From the IMG/VR virus record IMGVR_UViG_3300033153_013547, positions 124,001 through 188,000 of that record: a stretch of 64,000 nt of DNA; one strand, given 5' to 3'. Position numbers and translations under genes: made by a program. This document shows positions 38,301 through 45,575 of the stretch, piece by piece. The notes below the pieces were generated by a model, which worked only from the letters and a program-made list of their open reading frames with translations, had not been told where the DNA came from and did no database searches. Position 1 is the stretch's first letter; the number at the start of each line of letters is the position of its first letter.

Positions 38301-40244
38301 TATTGTAATGGCAAATATAAGGGGCTTGCCTTCGACGTTGGTGCCGCAAGAGAGCGGTGGACAGATGCGCAAGTTGCAATAATGCGTGATATTGGCGAAC
38401 AATATGGATTATGGATGCTTGACGAACGGCATAAAGCAAGTAAGAACTGGACAGGCTCTCATTTGCACTTTCAAGCCGACAAAGACCTTTATAAAGCACT
38501 AGACAATGGAACAGCCACAATTCCTTCTACCATCACGACTCCTTCCGGTACCATCACGACTCCTTCCAGTACTATCCCTGCTTCTTCTCCTTCTGGCATC
38601 GGCATCACAGGTGGAGTCAGCGCGCCAATATCTGGCGAAGATCTTCCACCAAACGAAGCCCTTGATATAAGCACAAAAGACATGTCCTTTGGAGATCTCT
38701 TCTCAATATACCAAATGGCTTGTGCTGACTTCATAGTCAAAGCCATTCCATTTGAAAACAGAAGCACCATATTCTTTGGTAGACCAAGATTTGGGGTGGT
38801 TGATGGATATGTTGACATGGCAAATACAATAATTCCTGACCCAGCCAAAAACCTGGCAACCTGGCAGTTTGATATCAGCAAACCACTTGTCAAACCATTT
38901 ATGCAAAATCATGTGATCAATAGCAAGAATATAATTGCCAATGGTGTTGTGGCAACAGACAAATATATTGCTAATGTAGCAATCCCAACATACCATACAG
39001 GAAATCCAGTGGGAGTCAATGTTTTTGTAGATCACTTTATTCCTGCTTCAGAACGTAAAGCATCAGAAGTAAATACAAGAATTATGGCAGCAGGACAATC
39101 CCAGATTGCCAAGTTCCTGGGTATTGCAGAGGATTACTCTCGTGGAGATGCCATAGCAATTGCTCGTGGATACCTCAAGAACAAAATGAGAGAAATGTAT
39201 CAAGGTTACATAATAACCATGGGAATGCCTGGTATCAAACCATTTGATATGGTACATTTATATGACCATATAACAGAAATGAATGGAGCATTTGAGGCTG
39301 GTGTAGTGATCAATGAATTGAGCCAAGAAACTGGGTATATTACTTCTATCAAGCCTAACTTGATAAGCACCATTATGGACGCCAAATTTATTTATATTTA
39401 CCAGAAACTTTGTGAAATGGCTGGCATATATCAATCTATTCAGTCTGCCAATGACCTGATGAATTCTGAAACAGCAGTAATCTGGAAGCAGCTGGGACAC
39501 TCTGATCCCAGTGCAACTCAAGAAGCACTGATGCCACCAAGTGTTGGTAAATCTGACAATGTAGTAACCATTCCTGGTGTTCGTGTAGCAGCTACTGCTG
39601 GTGTGTTATGGTGGGCATCAGCAACTGTGGTACATTGTATTATCCATGGCAATCCCATTAGCTTGGTGTCTGGACTAAAAAGAGTCGCAAGAGCATTTGA
39701 AGGAGCAGAAAAATTCGGTTGGTTAGCATCTCCTGCCAAAAAATCAGCTCACACACTAATCAAGCTTACCCGAGCCACAAAGAGCCTTCCGCTAATGCAA
39801 CGATTCCTCAAACCAGCAGGAATATCAGTTAAACTAGGAACAAAAGCCAATGTTATCACTCTTGTAGCAACAGTAGTAATTAGTGCCATTGTTGGATCAA
39901 TGGTAAGATCACTAATAAATTCTGTTAGTAATCTACAGTCTCTATGTATGATGCCAATGAAAATAGGTTGTGCAGAATTCTCTGCTGGCATCAATGGACA
40001 TTTGGGTTCAGTCATTGGGGATCCATCTGATCCAATAATTAGTGCACTTGATAAATTTATGGGTTCAACCAGTGGTCAAATAGCAAGCATTGCAGCATCA
40101 CTATTTACTGCTGTCCCAGGAGATTTGGGTAACATAACATATAAGATGCCTTTTAAATTTGTTTCACCATGTCAAGTTGATCAATTAATCAGTGCTCCTA
40201 AAACTGAAGCCAAGAAAGAAGAGAAGGAGGAAACAACAGAATAA
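32319..40244 (+). CDS. Baseplate hub / tail-associated lysin with GH24 lysozyme and M15-type peptidase domains
   Basis: Hub-like segments (GVRVQIRMGY...FMGKI; MYQGYIITMGMPGIKPFDMVHLYD...ETGYITSIKP). Lysozyme motifs TE...PYDD...WSIGYG, SMTYNTGAG, GLTRRRKDE (about 37530-38010). LAS/M15 motifs SMHY...GLAFD...HLHFQ (about 38240-38475). Confidence 0.82.
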   Translation: MAVSNNYTETVNLGGVTFNVPITNIKTSVQSNITSSNSIRESGSAKLQTDQIVELLEITFYAFDQNGLKTAASLMQLYKNIPFVWVASPYINAGLNICDVALHSVTISSVPGFPNTYKIDLVLAPFDSFAITNWPTLLSGTNLELYYTYQTYVANKTAKRLGSTKQYGVMLPTDPPGQPNPFDIFVPSDDFLEETKMAMDMIDNALKNAITFSNKNEDGLYAVITRDIGTDNTPEEMSKKLADQLKGYLLNAVAKDADGNEISLFTKNKNGDIVPAPWDKWQQCRIFDVYDPDTGKILTGASAESKFLNLFEAIEEAIGQNSLEEYIRRIDANQSLATFLNSFASIAKNTDLYTHAATALQINAVDINLIRQVITGENLQLKVKLPNYSYGQEGAAINRGYWDYLLMGVNIDVNIGGNFKAQAPTTTNQTVPDHLDLFVEDIDSLKRPGFLGLLYDIYLGARGFQNILSGATESLAKLFDRDRYRESGYIPAGLTQFSPQQVVVSFNNKFSTGYLQNALTVRPIYSYVGSGDFTIQILNTVTDPDHSELKKFTDTIDLAFLQNKKFQGELPAGFIAIRDPLVQSMGIFECLIIGYSVTPMPEYPNVFHVELTTTDFNLQKRTEYMINRIDPYGKIHGGDDKSTAAATALSSSLLDPVFDPASQFSSQEPRTLETAFGEQQIQYDPEYKPPTTSNSASGSEAYYDYENIDGGDILCVKELYQDWFRAKYSLRQYNCYPDIILPTLHEAQIIFGDFDKPISIATGATNIDNPSTAENKTEVHVLKDFKAYYEWRQAGLINGERTDPFMDYGGDINVTKLDWTETGEYVVPYFFFYPSRIEVISDANANVNQYDTPLIGGDDQLNRGDNQLNLSSFNIDGDINGTTEQPDGSSAITEKEKIYESPFGAAARVFGLAPVAPPPTAPAGSITDVTEDIAENSESGTPATTKEKSTMQEKMVGKKRIKKIKEIQKHQAEHPTTDDEVGTEDTAFTMPLGEFPLEFYWIEEERYNKRGDIAQLFPTFHIMIIDEFPWQFGWKMKDFLYQSVRVERIKTYGASDDLKEFAFVDVANTYGDLTKEEMNPSLLVSYAFALKKPPSLEERLFDDYRNFFSNLANMLDRTDDIETYFAVKSAISNVSGALFLKQGVRVQIRMGYESNPLRLKLEFMGKIQTLGTGESFQIVCVSDGVEFDTPINNRIDTKGTMWNNITTFFDKPADVYGVINNFMNERGGAGIFGNLGDSVKTWLGKAGDWGFDRLVYESPYGIEHFGYRNKAVPGRFTRTDWDFKSTKEVLKKLSSDSTENSDLKDIFSNLMAYKDEGQIQKNIEAYEEALEAAAKAIEEKAKELKAGKACLFSPTECLKMPKSLQIPTDPDNGTMTLNWNILQSNTKIKANILKGNFIDHWSDLRLRSQGLEEPLSTIIKMMNDIAGIDEFISIFDPFTPFFPRYQLFGGDKYYQLFGTISGLQKDLKDKDFNPEEGLETAKALDELVYFILNELRKLYGTYSNYFRPTNIAEFDIDIDNILGDASILLKELEITRGSVTAIGNKSDSSLDLLFRSMRLNTGLAQSHGRASTQASLTKNDIITKILVNKVGLNKETITLYSRGNKTLLSLPNEEAMILGEWLLTIINAGRSEEEQQTIDPLIRALDVAQDTPLDVFGIDIGHILFAGETMMNIHQPAHAFSKAGSEINQFGGTGAGDFGSGTTYDEEGLSTKNDHRDVGNTQLITSDGDKFKFSSKFIRWIKLTENGGLHESVIKGGTIKPYDDGPQWSIGYGNFAGEKQRDIIDLTLHPPIYKSIPESLADQLLVDELNKFRKQVLRILGDSANLLNQSQIEALTSMTYNTGAGNTKTKRVYAAIKEGNLSDVPRLIREGENRIRGKGVDPGLTRRRKDESIIWSWQDATISSKNIINPLSNPFTEPSPSSQWDPETVFNPFPYEKDLPTPNTRIPVKSFLDEIKPAFEDSVNAALGRPPGKEIRITSTTGGTHAENSMHYRRYCNGKYKGLAFDVGAARERWTDAQVAIMRDIGEQYGLWMLDERHKASKNWTGSHLHFQADKDLYKALDNGTATIPSTITTPSGTITTPSSTIPASSPSGIGITGGVSAPISGEDLPPNEALDISTKDMSFGDLFSIYQMACADFIVKAIPFENRSTIFFGRPRFGVVDGYVDMANTIIPDPAKNLATWQFDISKPLVKPFMQNHVINSKNIIANGVVATDKYIANVAIPTYHTGNPVGVNVFVDHFIPASERKASEVNTRIMAAGQSQIAKFLGIAEDYSRGDAIAIARGYLKNKMREMYQGYIITMGMPGIKPFDMVHLYDHITEMNGAFEAGVVINELSQETGYITSIKPNLISTIMDAKFIYIYQKLCEMAGIYQSIQSANDLMNSETAVIWKQLGHSDPSATQEALMPPSVGKSDNVVTIPGVRVAATAGVLWWASATVVHCIIHGNPISLVSGLKRVARAFEGAEKFGWLASPAKKSAHTLIKLTRATKSLPLMQRFLKPAGISVKLGTKANVITLVATVVISAIVGSMVRSLINSVSNLQSLCMMPMKIGCAEFSAGINGHLGSVIGDPSDPIISALDKFMGSTSGQIASIAASLFTAVPGDLGNITYKMPFKFVSPCQVDQLISAPKTEAKKEEKEETTE
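34885..34926 (+). repeat. 21-bp direct duplication (GDDQLNR/GDNQLNL)
   Basis: GAGGAGATGATCAACTAAACC followed by GAGGAGATAATCAACTAAACC, one mismatch. Confidence 0.85.
38528..38575 (+). repeat. 21-bp tandem repeat in Ser/Thr/Pro linker after the M15 domain
   Basis: TACCATCACGACTCCTTCCGG, TACCATCACGACTCCTTCCAG, then partial TACTAT. Confidence 0.85.
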
Positions 40245-42019
40245 TGCCTCCAAAACCCAAAAACTTTTTGATTCCTTCTGGGCCCCAACAAATAACCAAG
40301 TCTATAATAGGACTTGCTGTTCCAACCAGCAATCCTACTGTATCTCATGATGGCCCCAGAGGTTCAACCAAAACCAGTGATGTAAATGTAATTATCTTTG
40401 ACAGATCTGGGCAAAAGAAAATGATCAACAACCTCAGGTGGCCATTTGATAATATTGATTATGAAATGGCAGCAGGTATGGCACCAGACAACCCTGGTGA
40501 AACCATAGATCAATTTGACAAGAGATATAGAGAGGCGTTTGAAGCCATATCAAAAACAGATCAGTCACTATCTACTCTGGCTCAAATATATCAACTTGGC
40601 ATAATCAAACAACAAATACCAACCATGCCTGGTCGTCTTGTTATTGTCAAAATTGAAGACGGAAGTCGTTTTAGGATCGATAAATTGTTTGACTCAGGCA
40701 TGCCCCCTCGGATTGACATGACCCAAGGGGGTTCTCTAACAGGAACTACTGGATCCGTAACATCCACCATTCCTGCTGGTAGATCACACATAAAACAAAT
40801 ATCTATTGAAGAAAGATTGGCAAAAATGAAAAGAAATGCACTTTCTGATAGAGACAATCACATCAAAGAATTACTAACAGATCCATCTCCTACTGCTACA
40901 ATTAAGGATATTGATGTTATCAGAGGTAGTAGCAATGAGTTTATCATCATGGAAGATGGCATCATCAGAATAGGCAAAGATGGCACAGGTGTTGTCATTG
41001 ACACAAACAAAAGAGAAATTACCATGAGAGCCCAGGGTGGCACTATTGATCTCAATACTGACAAACTAAGGTGGCAAGAAGCCCCTTTCAATGACAACCT
41101 TGTTAGCACAGATTTAGCTACCACTGACTATCATATTAGTAATTTAGTAGAAAAACATGAGTTGTTTGCCAGACAAGAAGCTGTTGGTGGTGGTGGTATA
41201 GGCTTACTGCCCCCTCCATATACTCCACTTACAACAAAGTTGTGGATGGGAATGGCCTCTTTTGGTCTTTCTGGTGTAGTCCAAACAGGTTATACACTAA
41301 ATACTGTTATAGCAGCAATGGGATCCATGGAATCTGCTCCTTTTGATGATATAACAGCCAAAATGTCTTACATAGCTACTGATAGAAGGCTGCATCCTCC
41401 ACATGTTAGTTCTCTTCCTCTTTCTCTGAGCTTATCTGTAAAGGCCATAGCAGAATCTATGACAGTAGATGCTGCTTTTCTTGTGCCAAATGTTATAGAC
41501 GAGCTAATAGCAACCCAATCCCAAACAACAAGATCTCTATTGGCAACTCCTCCTACTGACTGGATACCTGATATGTTGGACAGTCCACCTGCCTGTTTCC
41601 CACCTGTGCCTTATGCATATAGTCTGATGACACCAAATGTATCATTGTTGTCTAGTGTTTTTCTGAACCCAGAAATAACAATGATGGATTCTAAGACTAC
41701 AATGGCCAAATTGTGGAGTGAGGCTGCAACAGAAGTAGCAGCATTTGGTGCACACACACACCCTGTGCCTGATGGAGTTACTGGCATTCCTGTGCCTTTT
41801 GAGTTGCCCAAACTAGAAGCATGGATGTTTGCAATTACTGATCAATTTATGGGGCATACTCACATTTGCCATCAAGCATATGAATATCATATTGCTCCTC
41901 GGCTATACCGAACATACCCTTTACAAGAAATTTTCAAATCGAGGACATTAGATCGCATACGAACCATATACAAAACAGTAAAAGACATGGCCATTGGAGC
42001 CAAAATGATCAAAGTTTAG
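40244..42019 (+). CDS. Baseplate central spike (gpV/gp5-like)
   Basis: Follows the hub; short beta-strand repeats (FIIMEDGIIRIGKDGTGVVIDT...ITMRAQGGTIDL); two HxH motifs near the C-terminus (HTH at 41753-41761 and 41855-41863). Confidence 0.65.
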   Translation: MPPKPKNFLIPSGPQQITKSIIGLAVPTSNPTVSHDGPRGSTKTSDVNVIIFDRSGQKKMINNLRWPFDNIDYEMAAGMAPDNPGETIDQFDKRYREAFEAISKTDQSLSTLAQIYQLGIIKQQIPTMPGRLVIVKIEDGSRFRIDKLFDSGMPPRIDMTQGGSLTGTTGSVTSTIPAGRSHIKQISIEERLAKMKRNALSDRDNHIKELLTDPSPTATIKDIDVIRGSSNEFIIMEDGIIRIGKDGTGVVIDTNKREITMRAQGGTIDLNTDKLRWQEAPFNDNLVSTDLATTDYHISNLVEKHELFARQEAVGGGGIGLLPPPYTPLTTKLWMGMASFGLSGVVQTGYTLNTVIAAMGSMESAPFDDITAKMSYIATDRRLHPPHVSSLPLSLSLSVKAIAESMTVDAAFLVPNVIDELIATQSQTTRSLLATPPTDWIPDMLDSPPACFPPVPYAYSLMTPNVSLLSSVFLNPEITMMDSKTTMAKLWSEAATEVAAFGAHTHPVPDGVTGIPVPFELPKLEAWMFAITDQFMGHTHICHQAYEYHIAPRLYRTYPLQEIFKSRTLDRIRTIYKTVKDMAIGAKMIKV

Positions 42020-42160
42020 TGCTAATAATAACTAATAATAGAGAGTAAACATATGAGAAAAATAACAGATCTAAACTGGGAAAAGATTTGGTAGATTGAC
42101 TGTGATTGAAGATATGTGAATCATTTCACACTGCTATATTTTTTGGAGATTGGACATAAT

Positions 42161-42625
42161 ATGACAAATGACTTAGCACTTGATTCAAATGGTGATATTT
42201 ATCTAACTAATAATAGACAAATGGTGGATTGCTCCAACTATCCAGCTGCCAAACCCTACTACGATCCAAGATACAGGAATCTCATCCAAAACATCTTTAT
42301 TTCTTTACAAACTTTGAGGGGAGAGTGGCCATCCAGTAGCCTCATAGGAAATTCTTCTGAAAATTTTTTGGGCAGACTCTATACTTATGATCTTCATAAG
42401 GCTATTGTCAATGATATTACATCTGCCATCACTAATATACTTCCATCTAATGCTACTGCAGAGATCAAGGCAGTGCCAACCAGTGCAAATGCCTGTAATA
42501 TAACCATCAAAATTGTTGTTAATAACACAAGAATTGTTTGCATGCAATTTCCTTTTAACTTAGTAGATGGACTTGTAATCACAGGAGAAGGATCTTCAAT
42601 GTTCACACATGGTGATATTTCATGA
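42161..42625 (+). CDS. gp25-like baseplate wedge / sheath initiator
   Basis: MTNDLALDSNGDIYL...LIQNIFISLQTLRGEW...IGN pattern; start taken at ATG 42161 (GGAG upstream) instead of 42116. Confidence 0.75.
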   Translation: MTNDLALDSNGDIYLTNNRQMVDCSNYPAAKPYYDPRYRNLIQNIFISLQTLRGEWPSSSLIGNSSENFLGRLYTYDLHKAIVNDITSAITNILPSNATAEIKAVPTSANACNITIKIVVNNTRIVCMQFPFNLVDGLVITGEGSSMFTHGDIS

Positions 42626-43407
42626 TAGTAAAAGAAAGCACCACAGATTTCATAAATCGTATGATGACAAAACTAGAGGATGCTGGTATTGACACAACTA
42701 ATTCACATGTAGCTAATGCCCTGACTTCAATTGTTGCTGCAGAACTTGCTGACGCCAATGATAAGTTGTTTGAGGCTGATAGAGAAAGCAAGGCAGATAC
42801 AGCTACAACACTTGATTCTCTAACAAAAATAGCCAATCAGTTTGGAATAATCACACTACCCACTGATACTACAGATACTTTGAGATATAAAATCAAAAAT
42901 CATCGTAGAGAACAGTCTTATGGAAGTTTATTTAGCATACGTAGAGCAGCTCTCAGTGTCCCTGGTGTTTCTAACGTCAATGTAGTATCTCAGTTCTTTG
43001 GTCCAGCAACTGTGGGGGTTTTTGTAGAAGCACAGAATCACACAATTCCTTCTGCAGATCTATTAGCACAAGTCAAGGAAATTGTGTCTGCAGCAGATGG
43101 TGGAGTACATATAGAAGTTAGTGCCCCAGAATATATTGAGGTTTTAGTACGTTGTACAATAAAGGATTTGATAGATGTATCTAATATCACAGCAATTGTG
43201 AATAAAACTATCACAGAATCTAACATTGGGGACACAATAAATCTTACAAGAATGTTGTCAAATATTAGTAGCAGTATTGTTGTTGATAGTGTTTACCTAA
43301 ATGGCAGAAAAACCAGGAGCAAGATAATTCAGTTAAAAGAGAATGAGAAAGCCATCATTGATCGTACGAAAGATACATCTATAGAGATTCGTGTGACGGC
43401 GGGATAG
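42622..43407 (+). CDS. Compact baseplate J-like wedge protein
   Basis: DTAT..SLTKIANQFGI, DTLRYKI, GSLFSIRRAALSVPGVSNVNV...GPATVGVFV motifs; follows the gp25-like gene. Confidence 0.8.
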   Translation: MIVKESTTDFINRMMTKLEDAGIDTTNSHVANALTSIVAAELADANDKLFEADRESKADTATTLDSLTKIANQFGIITLPTDTTDTLRYKIKNHRREQSYGSLFSIRRAALSVPGVSNVNVVSQFFGPATVGVFVEAQNHTIPSADLLAQVKEIVSAADGGVHIEVSAPEYIEVLVRCTIKDLIDVSNITAIVNKTITESNIGDTINLTRMLSNISSSIVVDSVYLNGRKTRSKIIQLKENEKAIIDRTKDTSIEIRVTAG

Positions 43408-43430
43408 GCTAAAAGAGGAGTCAAAACACC

Positions 43431-44561
43431 ATGGCTAATAATGTGATACTGAACATATATGAGATAATATCGGATTTACCAGTAGCCGTAGATCTTCCGT
43501 TGGAATTCGGGAATGCCAGTGGGTATGTAATAGGTGGCGGGACCAGCACAACACGAAACTTTAGAATCGTAAATTCAGCAGAAGATGATTCGGGAGATGA
43601 GAACAATATTGCGATAAACAGTGTAATCAACGTCTACCCCGTAAATGAGCAAAACGTCGCATGCGATCCTGGAGACGGCTCGTTTGACCCAGCAACACAA
43701 ATTGGCAATGGCGATCAAGTTGCTTTTCATCGTTGGCTTAACGTCAAATGCACTACCTTACAAAGAATTGCCGAAAATGAGGTGTTCGAGGGGCCTGGCG
43801 CCACCTTCACGACATCTAATGCTATAGCACAAGACGGCTTAGGCAATTATTTATCTATCGTGCGTAAGAGTGTTGAAATACTTGAGCAGGCAGTAACAGT
43901 TACAGATATGGGGGGTGGCACATATATTGTTGCACTAACAAATACTTCTGTTACTAAATATAGTTCTTCAGTTATAGATGGTTCGCCAATACCCATATTA
44001 TACGTAACGCAACTGCTTGACGAATCGTCTACGCCTGTAGACATAAGTGAAGCAACAATAGTTTATAACATAGACTCTATCACTATTACTGGCGTTGTTT
44101 TAGACGCAGGTGCTGGTAATTATACAATGTCTTATTACATACTAGAAAACATGGTAGAAGGCGTAGGCATAGATCAATATTCAATAACAGAAGATAGTGA
44201 AGAGACCAGCATAGTTCTTGGGGCAGCTCTTGTGGATACAGAATTTGTGGAGGTCAATTACATAACTGACTATTCAGATTTAGAATATGTAGCAGTTGGC
44301 AGGAGATATTTTCCTTCTTCACCCACTATTGAAGACATCACTGCTTATATTGGCAGTGCTCCAGACACATCTGACATTGATCTAAACTATATTGAAGATG
44401 ATCCAAACGGATTGTATGAGAAAAATGCTGACATAAGGATTTTCAACACCATAAAACCTAACAATGGATATGCAGATGTGTCTATGTATTTAGATGCAAC
44501 GGGTTCAACCATTTTGGAGGGCCCCGATAATTTCGAGATTATTCTTGGATATCAATACTAG
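43431..44561 (+). CDS. Acidic beta-rich baseplate-region structural protein
   Basis: 376-aa ORF with AGAGGAG RBS within the baseplate cluster. Confidence 0.5.
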   Translation: MANNVILNIYEIISDLPVAVDLPLEFGNASGYVIGGGTSTTRNFRIVNSAEDDSGDENNIAINSVINVYPVNEQNVACDPGDGSFDPATQIGNGDQVAFHRWLNVKCTTLQRIAENEVFEGPGATFTTSNAIAQDGLGNYLSIVRKSVEILEQAVTVTDMGGGTYIVALTNTSVTKYSSSVIDGSPIPILYVTQLLDESSTPVDISEATIVYNIDSITITGVVLDAGAGNYTMSYYILENMVEGVGIDQYSITEDSEETSIVLGAALVDTEFVEVNYITDYSDLEYVAVGRRYFPSSPTIEDITAYIGSAPDTSDIDLNYIEDDPNGLYEKNADIRIFNTIKPNNGYADVSMYLDATGSTILEGPDNFEIILGYQY

Positions 44562-44573
44562 AACTAGCTAATC

Positions 44574-45575
44574 ATGGCAGAATTCCGTATAATTTCAACC
44601 GTTAAAGTAGATAGCAGCCAAGAATGGAGACTTGCTGCTGGAACCACAGTAATGGGCACAGCTAATCACTATGTAGATTCTAGTGTATTTATTGCTATTC
44701 TAAATGAAGTGGGGCAACCAATAGTTCCCACAACATATCAAATAATTGAAAATACTCATGATGTTTTGAACTATAAATATCTTGATACTGTGGGAATGCC
44801 ACCTTGGATGAAGGGTGCTTGGAGTCCTGTGTCTAATATGCAGAGATATTTTTCTTCTATACAAGATTCAATCAATGTTTACTTGGATGATATTGACAGA
44901 TATTATAATAGTAAATTTGTTAATACAGCCACAGGTTTTGCTAATTGTTTTGGGATTATAAATGAAAAGTTTGCAAGCAATGTATTGATCACAGATTCTA
45001 CTTTTGTTGAAATAGAAAAAACTGATAATTCTATAGACCTATTTTTAGAAGATCCTTTTCTTGAAAACAAGTGTTTGATCAAAAGCCAATACACTATCAT
45101 AAGATATGCTGGACCTATAGAGACTGTGGCTTATGTAAATGGACAACCATACGAGGTTATACCACTGAACATTACAGATGACTTAGACTCATGGGGGTAT
45201 TTGTTAGATCTTTACAGACATAATAAAGAATCTGACGGGGAATACTCAACAAGATTGAACTATGAGTTTGGCACCACCACACTGGCTGATGAAGAGGTGC
45301 TTCGATATGCTAATAGCACAGACTTTGGGCTTCGAGCACAACTAGCAAGATTCACGGGAGAAGATATCAACGATATTACTGTGCAAAGCGTAATAGACTA
45401 TACCAATTTGTTTATGGATAATTATGACTATCCAGATATTGCCACTATGCAATATTTGAAGAATAAATATGATTGGGGTTCTTTTATTTATAATAGAATC
45501 ACATGGTGGGACAACGTAGACCTCAATCGTTCGTTGTATTTGATACACACCAAGGCCGACAGTGACCTATTATGA
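44574..45575 (+). CDS. Baseplate wedge subunit, gpI/gp7-like
   Basis: LDSWGYLLDLYRHNKESDGEYSTRL matches the lD..G...gl.R...EsD..Y..Rl pattern of wedge subunits. Confidence 0.55.
   Translation: MAEFRIISTVKVDSSQEWRLAAGTTVMGTANHYVDSSVFIAILNEVGQPIVPTTYQIIENTHDVLNYKYLDTVGMPPWMKGAWSPVSNMQRYFSSIQDSINVYLDDIDRYYNSKFVNTATGFANCFGIINEKFASNVLITDSTFVEIEKTDNSIDLFLEDPFLENKCLIKSQYTIIRYAGPIETVAYVNGQPYEVIPLNITDDLDSWGYLLDLYRHNKESDGEYSTRLNYEFGTTTLADEEVLRYANSTDFGLRAQLARFTGEDINDITVQSVIDYTNLFMDNYDYPDIATMQYLKNKYDWGSFIYNRITWWDNVDLNRSLYLIHTKADSDLL

Noticed and set aside
9513-44561. Interpreting the sheath-tube-hub-spike-wedge cluster as an eCIS or tailocin
   Set aside because: Scaffold, decoration, major capsid and neck genes are present in the same operon, indicating a DNA-packaging virion.
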